Part shown: piece by piece, positions 60,207 through 64,000 of the stretch | Numbering within the stretch: the stretch's first letter is position 1 | Layout: each line of letters opens with the position of its first letter | Virus record (IMG/VR): IMGVR_UViG_3300021964_009400 | Reading direction: 5' to 3' (one strand) | Origin: a virus | Lineage: Duplodnaviria; Caudoviricetes | Length of the DNA stretch: 64,000 bases | The notes under the pieces: model-generated | What the model was told of the DNA's origin: nothing | What the model saw: the letters and a program-made list of their open reading frames with translations, nothing else | Databases searched by the model: none | Made by a program: the position numbers and the translations under genes

Positions 60207-61107
60207 CTTAGATTTACAATACCAAGATTTACTTCAAGATATTTTACTTGAAGGTAAAGAAAAAACTGATAGGACTGGAACAGGTACAAAATCTGTTTTC
60301 GGTAAACAAATCAGACACAAAATGAATGAAGGGTTTCCACTTCTTACAACAAAGAAGATGGCAATCAAATCAATCATGACAGAACTTAAATGGTTCTTAA
60401 AAGGAAAAACCAATATAAAATATTTGGTAGAGAATGGATGTAACATTTGGAATGGTGATGCTTATAAAACATATGAAAGAACATATAACTATGAGTTAGA
60501 AGATGCACCACTTACTCAAAAAGAATTTGTAGAAAAAATTAAAACAGATGATGATTTCGCTAGGGTTTGGGGAGAACTTGGACCTGTTTATGGAAAACAA
60601 TGGAGAAGAATTGAAAAAAGACATGGTTCATCACCAACATATAAAATAGACCAAATTAAAAACCTTATAGAACTTATTAAAGAAAATCCTGATAGTAGAA
60701 GATTGGTGGTTAATTCTTGGAACCCATCAGAGTTAGATGAAATGGTTTTACCACCTTGTCATTATGGATTTCAATGTTATGTAAACGATGGTAAACTATC
60801 TTTAATGTGGAATCAAAGAAGTGTTGATACTTTCTTAGGATTACCATTTAACATTGCATCTTATGGAATGTTATTACTTCTATTATGTGAGGAAACAAAT
60901 TTAGAACCAGATGAACTAATTGGGAACTTGGGTGATACTCATTTATATAAAAATCATATAGAACAGGCAGAAGAACAAAGATTAAGAAAATCTTTTCAAT
61001 TACCAACTGTTAAATTATCAAATGTAGATATTTTAAATGGAGAATTTGATTATGAAATTATAGGATACCAATCACAACCAATAATTAAAGCACCTTTATC
61101 AAATTAA
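60199..61107 (+). CDS. thyA: thymidylate synthase
   Basis: DRTGTGT, FPLLTTKK, ELKWFL, LGPVYGKQWR, SRRL, LPPCH, QRSVDTFLGLPFNIASY. Confidence 0.95.
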   Translation: MNNLDLQYQDLLQDILLEGKEKTDRTGTGTKSVFGKQIRHKMNEGFPLLTTKKMAIKSIMTELKWFLKGKTNIKYLVENGCNIWNGDAYKTYERTYNYELEDAPLTQKEFVEKIKTDDDFARVWGELGPVYGKQWRRIEKRHGSSPTYKIDQIKNLIELIKENPDSRRLVVNSWNPSELDEMVLPPCHYGFQCYVNDGKLSLMWNQRSVDTFLGLPFNIASYGMLLLLLCEETNLEPDELIGNLGDTHLYKNHIEQAEEQRLRKSFQLPTVKLSNVDILNGEFDYEIIGYQSQPIIKAPLSN

Positions 61108-61217
61108 GATGGATTTAAAATTAAAAAAAAAGTTATTAGAAAATATTCTGAAATTAAAAATGCAAAAAGGAAATTCAGAAACTAAACTTCAAATTCAGAA
61201 ACTTCAACAAAAATTAA

Positions 61218-61970
61218 ATGATAAGTGAAATAATATGTATTGGAACTTCTTTTACAGAAGGTGATGGGTTGCATGTAAACGATTCTTATAATTCTTGGTT
61301 AAAGAAAAATAAAGGAATTTATGTTAAATCAATGAAAGATGTTGCTTGGCCAAAACAATTAGAAACTCTTTCTAATATCAAAACTAGAAATCTTGGAAAG
61401 TGTGGTTCAAGTATAGAATATCTAATGAGAAATGTTGAGGAAATACTTGAATTAGAAGATTGTTCAGATAAATTATTTATATTAGAATATTCAAACTGGG
61501 GTAGAAGTGAATTATGGTCAACTGAATTTAATAAGTGGCTAGTAACAAATTGGGGACCTCGTGATGGAGTAGACCCAACAAATGAAGGTTATGCCGTAAT
61601 GATGACAACCGATTACAAATATGGAAAACAATTGGACTATAATAAATTTCCAATCTATGAAAACTATTTAGATAACTTTTTTAATGAAAAAGAATATTTG
61701 ATTCAATTAGATAGAAATTTTTTAAATCTACTTTATAAGTTAAAATCAAAAAATATAGATTTTAAAATTATAACATTAGAAGAAGTTTTTTGGAAACCTT
61801 TGGAAAATGATAAATTATTTAAAGACTCTACTATACTTTATAATTTATATGAGTTTATAAATAAAAATAAATTATCAATAGAAAATATTACTAATAATGA
61901 AGTAAACGATGGTCATCCTTCCATAGAAGGACATATTAAAATAGCAAAAAAAATATATGAAAAAATTTAA
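61218..61970 (+). CDS. SGNH hydrolase-like protein
   Basis: CIGTSFTEGDG, LGKCGSSI, EYSNWGR, DGHPSIEGH. Confidence 0.7.
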   Translation: MISEIICIGTSFTEGDGLHVNDSYNSWLKKNKGIYVKSMKDVAWPKQLETLSNIKTRNLGKCGSSIEYLMRNVEEILELEDCSDKLFILEYSNWGRSELWSTEFNKWLVTNWGPRDGVDPTNEGYAVMMTTDYKYGKQLDYNKFPIYENYLDNFFNEKEYLIQLDRNFLNLLYKLKSKNIDFKIITLEEVFWKPLENDKLFKDSTILYNLYEFINKNKLSIENITNNEVNDGHPSIEGHIKIAKKIYEKI

Positions 61971-62139
61971 AAGAAATAAATTAAATAGAAAATTAGCAGG
62001 TATTTGTGGTGGATTAGGAAACTACTTTGATACAGACCCTCTCCTTTGGAGATTGTTATTTGTGTTACTGTTTTTCATTCCAGCAGTACCAATATTCATT
62101 TTATATATAATAACAACATTAATTACAAAATCCGAATAA
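61957..62139 (+). CDS. PspC-domain membrane protein
   Basis: RKLAGICGGLGNYFDTDPLLWRL...ILYI. Confidence 0.85.
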   Translation: MKKFKRNKLNRKLAGICGGLGNYFDTDPLLWRLLFVLLFFIPAVPIFILYIITTLITKSE

Positions 62140-63099
62140 ATGATTAGAACGGCAGAATGTGTATCACCGATGCACCCAGACAAAATGTGTGATAGAATAT
62201 CAGACACATTATTAGATTTATATTTACAAGGAGACCCTAATTCACGAGTAGCAATTGAAACTGCAGGTGGAAATGGAAAAGTATTTATAACTGGTGAAGT
62301 AACCTCAAATACTGAAGTAACAGAAACAGATATTAGAACAGTTGTAAATAATATATCAGGAGTAAAAGATGTAATCATACATCTTAACTCACAATCACCA
62401 GAGATTGCTCAAGGAGTTGATACTGGTGGGGCAGGTGACCAAGGAATTATGATTGGTTATGCTTGTAGAGATAACGAACAATTTTTACCACAAGAATATT
62501 ATTTATCAAGAGAACTTAATAAGTTTATATTTGATAAGTTTCCTTACGATGGTAAAACACAAGTTACGATGAATGGAAACTCACTTAGAGTTGTTTGTTC
62601 ATTTCAAAATGCACCAAAGGAAATGTTAGAAGGTTTGGTTGGAGGATTCTTTAGTAGATATCCACAATATCATATTGAATCATTACATTGTAATCCTGCA
62701 GGTGATTGGAACATTGGTGGGTTTACTGCCGATGCTGGGTTAACTGGTAGAAAGTTAGCAGTTGATAATTATGGCCCAAGAGTTCCACTTGGTGGTGGAG
62801 CATTTAGTGGTAAAGATTGTACTAAGGTTGATAGAAGTGCTGCATATATGGGAAGAAGAATTGCAGTAGATATCTTAGAAGAAAGACCAGAGGTAAATGA
62901 AGTGATAGTTCAACTTGCTTATGCAATCGGATATGACCAACCACTTCAAGCAACTGCAATCGTTGATGGAGAGCACGAATTTATCAAAGGATATGATTTA
63001 TCACCAAAAGGAATTATTGATTTCTTAGAACTAAGAAAACCGATATTTGGAGAATCAGCAGCGTTTGGACATATGGGAGCTGGATTTTCTTGGAAATAA
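62140..63099 (+). CDS. metK: S-adenosylmethionine synthetase (compact form)
   Basis: ECVSPMHPDKMCD, GAGDQG, DAGLTGRK, GGGAFSGKD, FGHMG. Confidence 0.95.
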   Translation: MIRTAECVSPMHPDKMCDRISDTLLDLYLQGDPNSRVAIETAGGNGKVFITGEVTSNTEVTETDIRTVVNNISGVKDVIIHLNSQSPEIAQGVDTGGAGDQGIMIGYACRDNEQFLPQEYYLSRELNKFIFDKFPYDGKTQVTMNGNSLRVVCSFQNAPKEMLEGLVGGFFSRYPQYHIESLHCNPAGDWNIGGFTADAGLTGRKLAVDNYGPRVPLGGGAFSGKDCTKVDRSAAYMGRRIAVDILEERPEVNEVIVQLAYAIGYDQPLQATAIVDGEHEFIKGYDLSPKGIIDFLELRKPIFGESAAFGHMGAGFSWK

Positions 63100-63131
63100 T
63101 TAGGAATTGTAAAATAATTTTCGTATATTTG
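63100..63131 (+). promoter_or_regulatory. Bacteroidota-type promoter
   Basis: TTAG-N20-TATATTTG. Confidence 0.6.
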
Positions 63132-63149
63132 TATAACAAATAGTTTATA

Positions 63150-63623
63150 ATGAGTAAAAAGTATAAAGTAATTTTAATAAGTGGTGGATTTGATCCTGTT
63201 CATAAAGGTCACATAGAATGTATCCAAAATGCTAAGAAGTTAGCAGATGAAGTTTGGATAGGATTAAACAACGATAGTTGGTTAAGGAGAAAAAAGGGTA
63301 AATCATTTATGAAAGAAGATGAAAGAGCTTTCATAATGGAATCATTAAGAGATGTGGATTATGTTTATGTAATGAATCCACTTATACATGGAGATGATAC
63401 AGCAATTGATTTCATAGACCATGCAAGAAGAAAGTATATAAGTGAAAATGGTGATTTACCAAAAGGTGTAATGGCATTTGGTAATGGTGGTGATAGAACA
63501 GAAACAACCACACCAGAAAACGATGTTTGTAATTCATATGGAATAGATTCAGTATGGGGATTGGGAGATAAGATTCAATCATCATCTTGGTTACTAGAAA
63601 AATATTTAAACATAGCAGAATAA
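63150..63623 (+). CDS. cytidylyltransferase-family nucleotidyltransferase
   Basis: SGGFDPVHKGH (HxGH), GLNNDSWLRRKKG, FGNGGDR, QSSSWL. Confidence 0.85.
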   Translation: MSKKYKVILISGGFDPVHKGHIECIQNAKKLADEVWIGLNNDSWLRRKKGKSFMKEDERAFIMESLRDVDYVYVMNPLIHGDDTAIDFIDHARRKYISENGDLPKGVMAFGNGGDRTETTTPENDVCNSYGIDSVWGLGDKIQSSSWLLEKYLNIAE

Positions 63624-63625
63624 AA

Positions 63626-64000
63626 ATGAAAAACAAATATTATCACGATTTATTTAATGATAGATTTATAAATGAAATTATATTTGGAGGAAAAGAGAAT
63701 GGATATTTTGTTGAAATAGGTGCATTGGATGGATTAGTTTGTTCTCAAACACATTTTTTAGAAAAAGAAAAAAATTGGAATGGGATTGTAGTTGAACCAA
63801 ATACATACTGGCACGAAAATTTACATAAATACAGAAAGTGTCACATTGAAAAAAAACCTATATTAGATGTAGAAAAAAAAGTAAAATTTTTAAGACATAT
63901 ACAAAAACCTGAATATTCAAAAATACAAGGTAATAGTAATCAAAAAACTGAGTTTCCTGTTGGAGATACTGACGAACTCATTTTAAAAAGTATAACCCTA
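63626..64000 (+). CDS. FkbM-family methyltransferase (partial, runs off window)
   Basis: FVEIGALDG...FLEKEKNWNGIVVEPN. Confidence 0.8.
   Translation, partial: MKNKYYHDLFNDRFINEIIFGGKENGYFVEIGALDGLVCSQTHFLEKEKNWNGIVVEPNTYWHENLHKYRKCHIEKKPILDVEKKVKFLRHIQKPEYSKIQGNSNQKTEFPVGDTDELILKSITL

Noticed and set aside
61150-61200. Direct repeat AAATTCAGAAACT x2
   Set aside because: Lies inside a small ORF between thyA and the SGNH gene; consistent with a local coding duplication, no other copies seen

Overview
A 64-kb, strongly AT-rich, gene-dense segment with essentially all real genes on the + strand and standard code 11 (no sign of stop-codon recoding). It reads as the accessory/metabolic part of a very large lytic dsDNA phage genome, most likely infecting Bacteroidota. 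The host call rests on TTTG-N19/20-TAnnTTTG promoters, A-rich leaders without Shine-Dalgarno sites, and lipobox lipoproteins. No capsid, terminase or polymerase gene is recognisable in the window. Content: a VWA + MoxR AAA pair; nucleotide and SAM metabolism (apt, MTA/SAH nucleosidase, metK, thyA, dCMP deaminase, 5'(3')-deoxyribonucleotidase); two DNA methyltransferases (one frameshifted in a G5 run); UvsE, a DEAD helicase, PhoH and Hsp20; four tRNAs; and a large glycan/surface-modification toolkit (11 SGNH-like paralogs, GT-like proteins, sulfotransferases, 2OG oxygenases, aminotransferase, HldE-like kinase, cytidylyltransferase, FkbM). Most notable: (1) a circularly permuted ATP-grasp-like protein ending in two tandem Hint domains that share one Asn-Cys junction, followed by a 45-aa peptide and tailoring enzymes; (2) a ~1.1-kb mostly non-coding control region (22.1-23.3 kb) with a six-tract G-quadruplex/i-motif and three TGAC-N5-GTCA palindromes that recur upstream of hsp20; (3) a ~300-nt promoter-to-terminator structured ncRNA candidate; (4) a promoter/stem-loop cassette repeated nine times. 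All family calls are from motif recognition by eye; no database search was run.
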